Notes: generated by a model not told the origin, from the letters alone. Positions 1 through 9,587 are shown, counted from the stretch's first letter. The stretch: 64,000 nucleotides of DNA from an uncultured Methylophilaceae bacterium (GCA_964464435.1 CAYXGE010000001.1:9722-73721), one strand, 5' to 3'. Program-made: numbers and translations.

Positions 1-386
1 TGCTTCTCTGTCCACTGCGGCAATAATCCTGCATGCACCATCAACACACCATGTTCTAAATGCAATAAGGGTTGATGTCTTAACCATGTAAGTAATTGTT
101 TGGCATCTGGGGCTGATAGCAAATCACCTAAAGTATCACTGCGATGTGCCTTAACAAAACCTTCAGCCACCACTAAAGCATGCAAATCATGATTACCCAA
201 CACCACCTGCACGTGATCTTGATTGGCAACTATCCAACGCAATACTTCTAAAGAGCCGCTACCACGATTAATCAAATCCCCAACAAACCACAACCTATCT
301 TGTGATGGATTGAAATCAATATGATTTAATAAATGCATCAATGAGTGGTAACACCCCTGCACATCTCCAATTGCATAAGTACTCAT
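1..386 (-). CDS. apaH: bis(5'-nucleosyl)-tetraphosphatase, symmetrical (ApaH); 3' end truncated by the window edge
   Basis: Reverse translation from the ATG at 386 reads MSTYAIGDVQGCYHSLMHLLNHIDFNPSQDRLWFVGDLINRGSGSLEVL...VVLGNHDLH. This gives the GDxxGC / GDLxxRG / GNHD metallophosphoesterase motifs and an ApaH-like N-terminus. It is not in the ORF track because the ORF is open at the edge. Confidence 0.85.
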   Translation of the reverse strand, partial: MSTYAIGDVQGCYHSLMHLLNHIDFNPSQDRLWFVGDLINRGSGSLEVLRWIVANQDHVQVVLGNHDLHALVVAEGFVKAHRSDTLGDLLSAPDAKQLLTWLRHQPLLHLEHGVLMVHAGLLPQWTEK

Positions 387-399
387 CAAAGATTCAGCC

Positions 400-435
400 A
401 AAAAAATACCAGCCGAGCATAAACAGGGCTGGTAT
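400..435 (-). terminator. intrinsic terminator after the cytochrome c5 gene
   Basis: The minus strand reads TACCAGCC-(12 nt loop)-GGCTGGTA followed by a T-run (the A-run at 400-406 on plus). It lies between the stop at 455 and the apaH start. Confidence 0.6.
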
Positions 436-454
436 CAAATTAATATGCATTTAA

Positions 455-1369
455 TTAAAAGCTTGCGCCAGATTTATTTGCCATATATTTCACTGCGGCA
501 GCCACCTCGTCGTCAGACAATGCTGCATTACCGCCTTTAGCAGGCATCATACGAATACCTTTAACTGCATGTTGTACCAAGGTATCATAACCTTGCGCAA
601 TGCGTGGCGCCCATGCAGCGTTATCGCCAGGTTTAGGTGCGCCCATTAAACCTGCAGAGTGACAAGCCATACATACCCCGTTAAAAACTTCTTCTCCAGA
701 TTTTCCCGCTACTTTTGCTTCTGCTGGGGTTTCAACCGGTGCAGCTGCAACTTTCTCTACTACTGGCTCAGTTTTAGCTACTGTCACAGCCGCTGGCACA
801 GCAGGTGCTACTTCTGCTTTAGGTGCTTCAGTTGTTGCAGATGTTGCAACATCGACGGCAGGGGCACTTGCACTCGCAACAGGTGGTTTAAAGTTTGCGC
901 CTGCTTTATTTGCCATATATGCCACGGCGTTTGCAATTTCACCATCCGTTAAATCTGGGTTACCTCCCCGCGCAGGCATACTTCTAATACCCTCTATCGC
1001 ATGCTTAATTAAGGTTTCATAACCTTGTGCAATACGCGGAGACCATGCACCTTTATCACCCAATTTTGGCGACCCAAGCGCTCCTGAATCATGACAAGCC
1101 AAACATACTGCTTGGTAGACTTCCTCACCACTTTTATCAACGTGTGGTCCACTCGCAACATCTGCAACCACCACTTGTGCAACTGGTGCAATACGCGCGG
1201 CAATCGCTGCTTCATCATCAACTGCAGCAACATCGTGCCCCGCATCAATAGTTAATAAATACTTAGCGACCAAAGTTAAAACAATGGTCGGTGCAATCAA
1301 AGCGCCTAGTATGGCTTTTGCAACTTCAGGCACTGTAGTTTTTGGTAAATCGTGATGTTCAGCAGACAT
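455..1369 (-). CDS. membrane-anchored di-haem cytochrome c (c5 family, two domains)
   Basis: There is an N-terminal hydrophobic anchor. Two CxxCH haem motifs (CLACHDSG, CMACHSAG) each sit in a repeated 'GEEVY/F..VC.ACH....GAPK.GD.AW.PRI.QGY.TL..HA..G...MPA.GG' unit. An Ala/Pro/Val-rich linker separates the two units. Confidence 0.85.
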   Translation of the reverse strand: MSAEHHDLPKTTVPEVAKAILGALIAPTIVLTLVAKYLLTIDAGHDVAAVDDEAAIAARIAPVAQVVVADVASGPHVDKSGEEVYQAVCLACHDSGALGSPKLGDKGAWSPRIAQGYETLIKHAIEGIRSMPARGGNPDLTDGEIANAVAYMANKAGANFKPPVASASAPAVDVATSATTEAPKAEVAPAVPAAVTVAKTEPVVEKVAAAPVETPAEAKVAGKSGEEVFNGVCMACHSAGLMGAPKPGDNAAWAPRIAQGYDTLVQHAVKGIRMMPAKGGNAALSDDEVAAAVKYMANKSGASF

Positions 1370-1434
1370 AGCAAACTCGTTCCAAAAATAAATAGATTAA
1401 GACAAGATTATACCGCTAAGTTCAGCCATTCAAA

Positions 1435-1463
1435 AGGACAAGGGATACCCTCAATGTTATAAT
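1435..1463 (+). promoter_or_regulatory. candidate sigma70 promoter for tRNA-Arg
   Basis: AGGACA (1435-1440), a 17-nt spacer, then a perfect TATAAT (1458-1463), about 18 nt upstream of the mature tRNA 5' end. Confidence 0.4.
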
Positions 1464-1481
1464 TACGAGGAAATTTTGAAC

Positions 1482-1558
1482 GCGCTCGTAGCTCAGTTGG
1501 ATAGAGTGTCAGTTTCCGAAGCTGAAGGTCGTGGGTTCGACTCCCGCCGAGCGCGCCA
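1482..1558 (+). tRNA. tRNA-Arg (anticodon CCG)
   Basis: Folded by hand into a cloverleaf. The acceptor stem GCGCTCG pairs with CGAGCGC. The D-arm is GCTCAGTTGGATAGAG. The anticodon stem TCAGT/GCTGA carries the loop TTCCGAA. The T-arm is GGGTTCGACTCCC, and a G-CCA 3' end is encoded. Confidence 0.9.
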
Positions 1559-1567
1559 TGCAAAACC

Positions 1568-2650
1568 TCAAAGGATATTAGCCGCCCTAGTACCGCCAGC
1601 TAGTACATATACTTTAAAGCCTAATTCTATTAAGGTAAATGCAGCGGCTGAGCTTCTTCTACCCGTTTGGCAGTACAAAATATATTCTTTAGTTTTGTCT
1701 AACGTTTCTGCAAAACTTCGAATTTGATTTAACGGTGCGTTAATAGCTTGAGGTAAATGCTCAAAGTTATACTCTGACTCAAATCGAACATCTAGCCAAA
1801 TGGCATCTTTTTTGGCGCATGCTTCTTGGTAATTGAGGTCATTGATAAGAGGTGCTTTAAGTAACTCAACAAAGTCTTTTTTGTTAAGCCTGTATAGCTT
1901 ACCCTCCGTTTTCATTCTCACTGTAGCGTTGCGTTTATTATCGGATACCAGCGCTTCTTGTCCAAAACTTTGCCCTTTGTTGAGCTCAGCCAATATCACT
2001 GGTGGCTCATTAAAGTTATTAACGCGACTAACTTCTGCCACCCCTTGTTCAATCAGATAGTAGTAATCGCCTTCAGCCCCTTGGGTGATAATGACCTGCC
2101 CTGCATTCACATCGATTAACTGCATACGTCTAAACATTTCTTGTATGTTGGCTGGCGGAAGACGACTAAAAGCGCCAGATTGCAGATTGTTAGCACTAAA
2201 TGCTGAAGTGTTAGTATTTGTTGGATTAGCTTCTAATAATGAATTTGCGGTTTGTGGTTGATTTTTTTGTGAGCTGGTTTTTTCATTATTGTTACCTGAG
2301 AGTTGATCCCAAGTCATCATAATATCGAGCAAATCTAAATCTATTCTTACAATTTCAACTTCTGTGAGTGCGACGGTACTGATAAGTTTTAGTTTACCCG
2401 CCCCTACAGGATGACGCGCGGCACTCGTTCCTGCTTTGAGTACTTTTTTACTTTTGTCTTCAAAAACTAGACCCAAGTCTCCCTTTAACAAATATAGAGC
2501 CTGCGCCGATTTAGTAACATTCATTCTAAATGGGTCTAGATTTTTGCTGACTTTTTCAATAAAACTTAAACTAGCTAACTCTTTTAAGCGGCTTGGAGAC
2601 AGCCTTAAGATAGGCTCTAAATGGCTTAAATAATTGGTTTCTTGCGTCAT
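1568..2650 (-). CDS. tandem cyclic-nucleotide-binding-like domains fused to a C-terminal rhodanese (sulfurtransferase) domain
   Basis: Residues ~165-265 look like a CNB beta-barrel (GDYYYLIEQG..., FGQEALVSDNKRNATV cassette). Residues ~280-360 look like a rhodanese with the active-site loop YCQTGRRS. The N-terminal ~110 aa resemble a CNB-like barrel without a cassette. Confidence 0.75.
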   Translation of the reverse strand: MTQETNYLSHLEPILRLSPSRLKELASLSFIEKVSKNLDPFRMNVTKSAQALYLLKGDLGLVFEDKSKKVLKAGTSAARHPVGAGKLKLISTVALTEVEIVRIDLDLLDIMMTWDQLSGNNNEKTSSQKNQPQTANSLLEANPTNTNTSAFSANNLQSGAFSRLPPANIQEMFRRMQLIDVNAGQVIITQGAEGDYYYLIEQGVAEVSRVNNFNEPPVILAELNKGQSFGQEALVSDNKRNATVRMKTEGKLYRLNKKDFVELLKAPLINDLNYQEACAKKDAIWLDVRFESEYNFEHLPQAINAPLNQIRSFAETLDKTKEYILYCQTGRRSSAAAFTLIELGFKVYVLAGGTRAANIL

Positions 2651-2655
2651 GAAAA

Positions 2656-3423
2656 TTAGAAACTAAAGAGGTCGGCTTGTTGCAGTGCCTTGGGTTTGAT
2701 TGCAATAAGACTTTGCTCAATTTCTTGCATAATCATTTCACCTTCACCTGGTTTAAGGTGGGTAATGAATACTTCAACTGTTTTGTTCAACTTTGCTAGC
2801 TCTTGCACGAGCATGCTCGGACATAAATGTTTAGAAACTTTAGCAAGCTCAGCTTCTGCATTACTAAACGCAGTTTCAATAATCAAATATTTTAAATTAC
2901 TGACCTTATTGAGCTCTGGCCAAAGCGCATCACATGTTGTTGTGTCGCCTGTAAATACCAAGCTATTTTTTCCACTGTCTATTAAGTATCCCACTGATGG
3001 CACCACATGGTTGGCAGGTACTGGGCGAATTGTCATTCCGTTTAAGCTAAAAGTTTCACCCAAATTAAGTTCTTGATACAACAAGAAAGGTGACTCAGCA
3101 TTTGGAATCTGATTAAAATCAGGCCAGATTTTCCAATTAAATATATGATTTTTTAATACTGATAATGTTTCTTTAGTTGCATGTAATGTCACCGGATGCG
3201 GACGCATTCCCATGACGGTGTCAATTAACAGCGGTAAACAAGCAATATGATCTAAGTGCGCGTGGGTGATAAAAATGTGGTTAATCGCTATTAATTGCTC
3301 AATAGATAAGTCAGAGACACCAGTGCCTGCATCAATTAAAATATCGTCATCTAGCAAGAACGATGTTGTTCTTAGATGACCTCCAATACCGCCACTACAG
3401 CCGAGCACTTTTAACTGCATCAC
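2656..3423 (-). CDS. MBL-fold 3',5'-cyclic-nucleotide phosphodiesterase (class II PDE-like)
   Basis: The N-terminal VLGCSGGIGG..TTSFLL...LIDAGTG and the HAHLDH core match the class II cAMP-PDE signature start (HxHLDH). The size is ~255 aa. Confidence 0.7.
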   Translation of the reverse strand: MMQLKVLGCSGGIGGHLRTTSFLLDDDILIDAGTGVSDLSIEQLIAINHIFITHAHLDHIACLPLLIDTVMGMRPHPVTLHATKETLSVLKNHIFNWKIWPDFNQIPNAESPFLLYQELNLGETFSLNGMTIRPVPANHVVPSVGYLIDSGKNSLVFTGDTTTCDALWPELNKVSNLKYLIIETAFSNAEAELAKVSKHLCPSMLVQELAKLNKTVEVFITHLKPGEGEMIMQEIEQSLIAIKPKALQQADLFSF

Positions 3424-3438
3424 AAAGGTTCCATACTG

Positions 3439-5670
3439 TTATTTCGTTTCATGCGTATACACGCCATCCCAATCTGCTGGAGGTGGCACTTTTCTATAAT
3501 GCGCGATGCGCTCAACATACATTTTATACAGATAACGCGTTGGCTGCATTTTTTGTAAATTGAGAAACTGAATTTCAGCTAAATCCCAATTTTGGCTTCT
3601 AAATAATTTTAACGCTTCTCTATATAGTTTGAGCTCATCTTTTGTGGCTTTATCTTCTTGACCAATCTCACAAATCGGTTCGAAAATTGCCACAGGCTCA
3701 TCTTTACCTTTAACGCGTACAATGTCTAGTTCTCTGTAAAGATAATCTGGCACTTTATCTTTGGTAAATTCACTTACCATCATGAACACACCGTAGCCTT
3801 TGGTCAAGCTTTCTAAACGTGAGCCCAAGTTCACAGTATCACCCATCACTGTATAAGCTGTTCTAAATTCTGAACCCATGTTACCCACAGTCATGTCACC
3901 AGTATTTAAGCCAATGCCGATTTTTAGTTCTGGCCAACCTTTTTGTTTAAATTTTTCATTGAGTTCAGCCAAACTTTTTTGCATTTCCATGCCGGCTTTC
4001 ATGGCGTTTTTGGCATGATCATTGTCACGCATGGGAGCGCCCCAAAACGCCATAATGGCATCACCCATATATTTATCAATAGTACCGCGATTATGATGAA
4101 TCACATGCGTCATGGGCGTTAAAAATTCATTCATCAATTGTGACAGTTCTTTAGGATCCAGGCCTTCAGAAATCGTGGTAAATCCGCGCACATCTGAAAA
4201 CATAATGGTCATTTCACGATTTTCACCCTCAAGGCTAAAGTCATCTTCGCCCTTTTCTACCATTTCACTAACCAACTCAGGCGGAATATATTGTCCAAAT
4301 AAGCCCGCCAATTGACGTTTACTGCGTGATTCAACAAAAAAGCCGTAAGACATATTGAGCAGATAAATTCCACCAATAAGAATTAACAATGAGGCTAACG
4401 GCAATACCAAGTTGGCAAACTGCCATACCACTAGGTTAAATATTAATACAATCCCTAATGTACAGAATGTAAGGATTGTTGCCCATTTTGGGCTTAGCAC
4501 TGGCAACAAAAGAGAAAGCAACATGCCCACTAAAAATAGCATCACTACTTCTGCGCCCAAAGTATAGGCTGGGCGTTCTTTAATATTGTTATCTAAAATA
4601 CCCGCTATCACATTGGCATGCATTTCTACCCCTGGATATATGTTTTCTACTGGAGCAGCCCTTAAATCATTAAGTCCTGGGGCTGTTGCACCAATTAAAA
4701 CAATTTTGCCATTCAACAGTTCTTTTGATGCTTTACCTGAAAGCACGTCAGTAGCAGAAATATATGGAAAGCTTTTTTGTACACCTCTAAATGGAATAAG
4801 CAAAGCTACATTTTTATCAACAGGGATACGTCTCGCGCCAAGTTTTAACCACTCTAAGCCAGAATACTCTTTACCAGTCCCGGTTTTTGCATAACCAGCT
4901 TCTAATTTAGGCACCCCCATTGCCACACGAGCCACCGCCAAAGATAAGGCTTCATAATAGTTATCTTTATGTTCGATAAGTGCAGAAACTCTTCTAGTAA
5001 TCCCATCCACATCTGGGTCAGGGTTAAAATGGCCTGCGCTCAAAGCACTTTTTTGCAATATTTCAAGATTAGCGCCGTAACTTACGCTCTCCTTAAATTC
5101 AATACTTTTGCCTTTAAAACTGCCGCCAATAAAGGCTGGTGCTGGCAACATACCAACACTAGATAGTTTCTCATCCCCAAAATAATAACCTAGTACTACA
5201 TTTCTATTTTTCAAACTATCCGCAAAGATTTGGTCGTAATTTAGTTTGGGTTTTATTTCTTCTAACGCAGCAGCAAAGTCGGCATTACCATTCAGCGGCC
5301 CTTTAGCTAGTGCTTCAAGATTTTTAAGCCCAGAGCTTTCATCTTTTTCTGCAAACACCACGTCATAGCCTACAACATGAATTTTGTAATCATCAAATAG
5401 TTTATTCATGAGCATGGCAAGCTTGTCTCTAGACCATGGCCAGCGACCTTCTGCTTGCAAGCTTTTTTCATCAATATCGACAATAACAATACGATCATCT
5501 TGCGTATTAGGCATCGTGAGATTTAAACGCGTGTCGTAAGTGAAGTTTTCAAAGCGATGAATAAAATTGATAGGCAACCATCCACTTGCATAAATAATGA
5601 GTACCAACATCAGCAGTAAACTGAGTGCCGCTCTAACGCCATGCTTTAGTAGTAGTTGCAATAGATTCAT
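3439..5670 (-). CDS. CHASE2 sensor domain-containing class III adenylate/guanylate cyclase
   Basis: An N-terminal TM helix is followed by a ~300-aa extracytoplasmic region, a cluster of TM helices, and a cyclase domain. The cyclase motifs are FSDVRGFT, DKYMGDAIMAFWGAP and GDTVNLGSRLES. Confidence 0.85.
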   Translation of the reverse strand: MNLLQLLLKHGVRAALSLLLMLVLIIYASGWLPINFIHRFENFTYDTRLNLTMPNTQDDRIVIVDIDEKSLQAEGRWPWSRDKLAMLMNKLFDDYKIHVVGYDVVFAEKDESSGLKNLEALAKGPLNGNADFAAALEEIKPKLNYDQIFADSLKNRNVVLGYYFGDEKLSSVGMLPAPAFIGGSFKGKSIEFKESVSYGANLEILQKSALSAGHFNPDPDVDGITRRVSALIEHKDNYYEALSLAVARVAMGVPKLEAGYAKTGTGKEYSGLEWLKLGARRIPVDKNVALLIPFRGVQKSFPYISATDVLSGKASKELLNGKIVLIGATAPGLNDLRAAPVENIYPGVEMHANVIAGILDNNIKERPAYTLGAEVVMLFLVGMLLSLLLPVLSPKWATILTFCTLGIVLIFNLVVWQFANLVLPLASLLILIGGIYLLNMSYGFFVESRSKRQLAGLFGQYIPPELVSEMVEKGEDDFSLEGENREMTIMFSDVRGFTTISEGLDPKELSQLMNEFLTPMTHVIHHNRGTIDKYMGDAIMAFWGAPMRDNDHAKNAMKAGMEMQKSLAELNEKFKQKGWPELKIGIGLNTGDMTVGNMGSEFRTAYTVMGDTVNLGSRLESLTKGYGVFMMVSEFTKDKVPDYLYRELDIVRVKGKDEPVAIFEPICEIGQEDKATKDELKLYREALKLFRSQNWDLAEIQFLNLQKMQPTRYLYKMYVERIAHYRKVPPPADWDGVYTHETK

Positions 5671-5838
5671 TGTGTATTGTTATAAGAGTTTTTATCTAAA
5701 TTAAATTAAGTTTTAACGCTTACTATTTGAAGCATATCGCATTTTTTATTTTTTTAATAGCTAGTTTAGTATATTTAAGTGCGTTTTTTTGGGACTTCAT
5801 GGCAAAATACTACGCTATTTTAGAAAAATGTCTCGTTT

Positions 5839-6501
5839 ATGTTAGAAAAAATTATTATTAACCCTACAAAACAACCGCTTGCTTCTGTGATTTGGATGCA
5901 TGGCTTGGGTGCAGATGGTCATGATTTTGAGCCCGTTGTGCATGCGCTCAATTTACCCCAAGTGAGATTTATTTTGCCACATGCGCCTTATCGACCAGTC
6001 ACCCTCAATAATGGTTATGAAATGCGAGCTTGGTACGATATTATTGGTCTTGGTGGCAATAGCCCCCAAGATGAAATGGGCATTAAAGCGATGCAAAGTC
6101 AGATTGATGCGCTAATTGCAGATGAGCTTGCAGCTGGCATTAGCGCAGATAGGATTCTACTCGCTGGGTTTTCTCAGGGGGGCGCCATGGCGTTACACAC
6201 CGCCTTGCGTTATCCTACTTCACTGGCTGGGATACTTGCGCTGTCGACATACCTGCCGTTACGTCCATTATTAAAGCAAGAAAAAACCATTGAAAATCAA
6301 CACATTCCTATTTTTATGGCGCATGGGACTTTTGATCAGATTATTTCGCTTGAAACAGCACAATTAAGCGCAAAATCGCTTGAGGAGAACGGTTACCGCA
6401 TTGATTGGAAAACCTATGCCATGGCGCACAGTGTATGTGATGAAGAGATTAATGATATTCGACTATTTCTTACGAGAACTTTACAATTAGCATCTTTTTA
6501 A
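5839..6501 (+). CDS. alpha/beta hydrolase, carboxylesterase/lysophospholipase family
   Basis: The pattern WMHGLGADG...GFSQGGAM...HG..D is typical of the Abhydrolase_2 / esterase II family. Confidence 0.75.
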   Translation: MLEKIIINPTKQPLASVIWMHGLGADGHDFEPVVHALNLPQVRFILPHAPYRPVTLNNGYEMRAWYDIIGLGGNSPQDEMGIKAMQSQIDALIADELAAGISADRILLAGFSQGGAMALHTALRYPTSLAGILALSTYLPLRPLLKQEKTIENQHIPIFMAHGTFDQIISLETAQLSAKSLEENGYRIDWKTYAMAHSVCDEEINDIRLFLTRTLQLASF

Positions 6502-6534
6502 AAACCACGTCTCCGTTTTTCGAATCGAGCCAAC

Positions 6535-6759
6535 ATGAATCAATCTTTAGCAAACACCAGTTTTGAAGAAGCGCTTAAAGCGCTTGAACAACTGGTTACA
6601 CAAATGGAGTCTGGTGAGCTTGCACTTGAGCAATCATTGGATGCATTTAAGCGTGGTACTGCATTAATACAACATTGCCAACAATCATTAGCCAATATTG
6701 AGCAACAAGTCAGTCTTCTAAACGCTTCAAATCAATTGGAGCGTTTTACTGATGAGTGA
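6535..6759 (+). CDS. xseB: exodeoxyribonuclease VII small subunit
   Basis: 74 aa, with FEEALKALEQLVTQMESGELALEQSLDAFKRGTALIQHCQ. It sits in the conserved xseB-ispA-dxs order. Confidence 0.9.
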   Translation: MNQSLANTSFEEALKALEQLVTQMESGELALEQSLDAFKRGTALIQHCQQSLANIEQQVSLLNASNQLERFTDE

Positions 6760-7642
6760 ATTTAACACTTGGGCAACCAGTATCCAAAGTCGAACCGAAT
6801 TTGCCTTAGACCATTTTTTGCCGAACATACACATTTCGCCTGAACGTCTGCATGAAGCAATGCGATATGCAGTTCTTGGTGGTGGCAAACGCGTGCGTGC
6901 GTTATTAGCCCATGCAGCAGGTGAGCTATGTAATGCCAACCCTGCTCATGTAGATAGCGCCGCAGCCGCTGTAGAATTGATTCATGCATACTCGCTTGTG
7001 CATGATGATATGCCATGTATGGACGACGATGACTTACGACGTGGCAAACCTTCTTGCCACAAGCAATATGACGATGCCACCGCTTTACTCGTTGGTGATG
7101 CACTGCAAACCTTGGCCTTTCAATTGTTAAGTGACGACTTGTTAGCCCTTAGCCCACAAGTAAAACTTAACATGACGCATACTTTGGCAGTTGCCAGCGG
7201 CTCGCGCGGTATGGCAGGCGGACAAGCCATTGACTTGGCGAGCGTTGGTAAACAATTAACGCAATCTGAACTCGAATTTATGCATATTCATAAAACGGGG
7301 GCACTCATTCGAGCCGCTGTGCTTTTGGGCGCATACTGTGGTGAACAAGCTGATGCAGATAAAATAAAAGCGGTTGACCATTTTGCTAAGCATATTGGTC
7401 TCGCTTTTCAGGTTGTCGATGACATTTTAGATACAGAAGCCGATACTACAACGCTTGGCAAAACTGCAGGTAAAGATGCGCTAAGTAATAAACCTACTTA
7501 TGTCACCATTCTTGGCTTAAGTCGCGCCAAATCGCTGGCTGAAGAACTACACCAAAATGCGATAGAAGAATTGACTGTTTATGGTGAAAAAGCAAAGCGC
7601 TTAGTACAATTAGCCGACTTTATTACTGCCCGTAAACATTAA
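6752..7642 (+). CDS. ispA: (2E,6E)-farnesyl diphosphate synthase
   Basis: The first Asp-rich motif is HDDMPCMDDDDLRRG and the second is VVDDILD. It overlaps xseB by 8 nt. Confidence 0.9.
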   Translation: MSEFNTWATSIQSRTEFALDHFLPNIHISPERLHEAMRYAVLGGGKRVRALLAHAAGELCNANPAHVDSAAAAVELIHAYSLVHDDMPCMDDDDLRRGKPSCHKQYDDATALLVGDALQTLAFQLLSDDLLALSPQVKLNMTHTLAVASGSRGMAGGQAIDLASVGKQLTQSELEFMHIHKTGALIRAAVLLGAYCGEQADADKIKAVDHFAKHIGLAFQVVDDILDTEADTTTLGKTAGKDALSNKPTYVTILGLSRAKSLAEELHQNAIEELTVYGEKAKRLVQLADFITARKH

Positions 7643-7654
7643 GGCTGCAATTAT

Positions 7655-9550
7655 TTGTCCAGCCTCATTTATAATAACGATATGTATTCTTTACTTGAGA
7701 CCATCCACACACCAGAGCAACTGCGGCTACTAGAGCGTAAACAGCTGTCACAATTAGCAAGCGAGTTACGGGCTTTTTTAATAGATAGCGTTGCACAAAC
7801 GGGTGGACACCTAGCATCAAATCTTGGTGTAGTTGAACTCACCATTGCCTTGCACTATGTTTTTAACACGCCTGATGATCGTTTAGTTTGGGATGTAGGT
7901 CACCAAACTTACCCACATAAAATCTTAACTGGCAGGCGAGAAGCGATGGCAGGCTTGCGCAAGCCTAAGGGGATTGCAGGTTTTCCTCGGCGAAGTGAGA
8001 GTGAATTTGACACCTTTGGTACTGGGCATTCAAGTACTTCTATTTCTGCCGCTTTAGGCATGGCTATCGCTGCCCAAAAAACAGGCTCAGAAAGACGCTC
8101 AGTTGCCATCATTGGCGACGGCGCAATGACTGCTGGCATGGCGTTTGAAGCCCTTAATAATGCGGGCGCGATGGATGCCAACTTATTAGTTATTTTAAAC
8201 GACAACGATATGTCGATTTCAAACAACGTTGGCGCACTCAACCATTATTTAGCAAAATTACTTTCTGGTAAATTGTATAGCCAGTTTAAACGTTCTGGTA
8301 AAGGGGTTCTTGGCGTTGTTCCACCCGTATTAGAGTTTGCCAAACGTGCAGAAGAACATATGAAAGGGATGGTCACCCCAAGTACGTTGTTTGAAGAATT
8401 TGGCTTTAATTATATTGGCCCTATAGACGGTCATGACCTTAACACGCTGACCACGACGCTTAGCAATATTAAAGACTTACAAGGGCCACAGTTTTTACAT
8501 GTGATTACCCAAAAAGGCCGAGGCTTTCAACCTGCTGAAGATAATCCCTGCAAGTTTCATGGTGTAGGTAAGTTTGACCCAAGCAACGGTGATGCACTCG
8601 CTACCAGCCAAAAAAAAACCTACACCCAAGTGTTTAGTGATTGGTTGGTAGACATGGCAGCTCAAGATGAGCGACTGATTGGCATTACGCCCGCCATGTG
8701 TGAAGGTTCTGGACTCAATGCATTTGCCGAACAATATCCTGAGCGTTATTTTGATGTTGGTATTGCTGAGCAACATGCACTAACTTTTGCTGCGGGCATG
8801 GCATGCGATGGCTTAAAACCCGTAGTTGCTATCTACTCAACCTTTTTACAACGCGCCTATGACCAATTAATCCATGATATTGCACTGCAAAATCTACCAG
8901 TCATGTTTGCCATAGACCGTGCTGGTATTGTGGGAGCAGATGGCCCAACCCATGCGGGCAGTTTTGATATTAGTTTTTTACGTTGCATTCCCAATATGTT
9001 AATCATGGCACCTGCCAATGAAAATGAGTGCCGACAAATGCTGTATACCGCTTATTTGCATCATGGTCCAAGCGCAGTGCGATACCCACGTGGAAGCGGA
9101 ACAGGTAAACCTATCTCCGCGCAAATGACTCAACTTCCACTTGGCAAGGGTGAGATAGTAAGAACCACAGCAAGTACACATAAGCAAAAAGTTGCGATTC
9201 TTGCGTTTGGTAGTATGCTCGCACCCGCACTACTGGCAGCTGAGCAATTTGATGCAAGCGTCGCTAATATGCGCTTTATTAAGCCACTCGATACAACGCT
9301 TATTGACTCACTTGCAAGCACCCATGACTTAATTGTGACTATTGAAGAAAACGCTTTAATGGGTGGCGCTGGCAGTGCAGTATTAGAATATTTAACCAGT
9401 ATTTCTAGCAAAGTAAACACGCTTTGCTTAGGCTTACCCGATACTTTTATTGAGCATGGCGTACATGAAACTATGTTGGCAGAATGTGGTCTAGATGCTG
9501 ATGGTATTCAACATGCCATTGAAAAAAAACTAGCGGAACTAATAACCTAG
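7655..9550 (+). CDS. dxs: 1-deoxy-D-xylulose-5-phosphate synthase
   Basis: [42 protein letters not shown] and the TPP motif IGDGAMTAG are present. The start is uncertain: TTG at 7655 follows an AAGG, and ATG at 7682 is the alternative. Confidence 0.9.
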   Translation: MSSLIYNNDMYSLLETIHTPEQLRLLERKQLSQLASELRAFLIDSVAQTGGHLASNLGVVELTIALHYVFNTPDDRLVWDVGHQTYPHKILTGRREAMAGLRKPKGIAGFPRRSESEFDTFGTGHSSTSISAALGMAIAAQKTGSERRSVAIIGDGAMTAGMAFEALNNAGAMDANLLVILNDNDMSISNNVGALNHYLAKLLSGKLYSQFKRSGKGVLGVVPPVLEFAKRAEEHMKGMVTPSTLFEEFGFNYIGPIDGHDLNTLTTTLSNIKDLQGPQFLHVITQKGRGFQPAEDNPCKFHGVGKFDPSNGDALATSQKKTYTQVFSDWLVDMAAQDERLIGITPAMCEGSGLNAFAEQYPERYFDVGIAEQHALTFAAGMACDGLKPVVAIYSTFLQRAYDQLIHDIALQNLPVMFAIDRAGIVGADGPTHAGSFDISFLRCIPNMLIMAPANENECRQMLYTAYLHHGPSAVRYPRGSGTGKPISAQMTQLPLGKGEIVRTTASTHKQKVAILAFGSMLAPALLAAEQFDASVANMRFIKPLDTTLIDSLASTHDLIVTIEENALMGGAGSAVLEYLTSISSKVNTLCLGLPDTFIEHGVHETMLAECGLDADGIQHAIEKKLAELIT

Positions 9551-9587
9551 TAGTATACTCAACTATTAGCTTTAAACTGGAATCTCT

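Noticed and set aside
659-952. 97-aa Cys-rich ORF on the plus strand.
   Set aside because: It is an antisense shadow of the Ala/Pro/Val-rich linker of the cytochrome c5 gene. The odd composition is an artefact of the opposite frame.
1568-5670. Cyclase-plus-effector operon as a CBASS/Pycsar-like antiphage system.
   Set aside because: The cyclase is a membrane CHASE2 sensor of the ordinary class III type, with a dedicated phosphodiesterase. The cNMP-binding protein carries a rhodanese, not a killing effector such as TIR, patatin, a nuclease or a pore-forming TM domain. The architecture fits housekeeping signalling.
1482-5838. Possible genomic island inserted at the tRNA-Arg 3' end. The cNMP operon ends 9 nt from the tRNA, in convergent orientation.
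   Set aside because: I found no integrase, no mobility genes, and no direct repeat of the tRNA 3' end at the far boundary (5671-5838). By eye, composition and codon use match the flanks.
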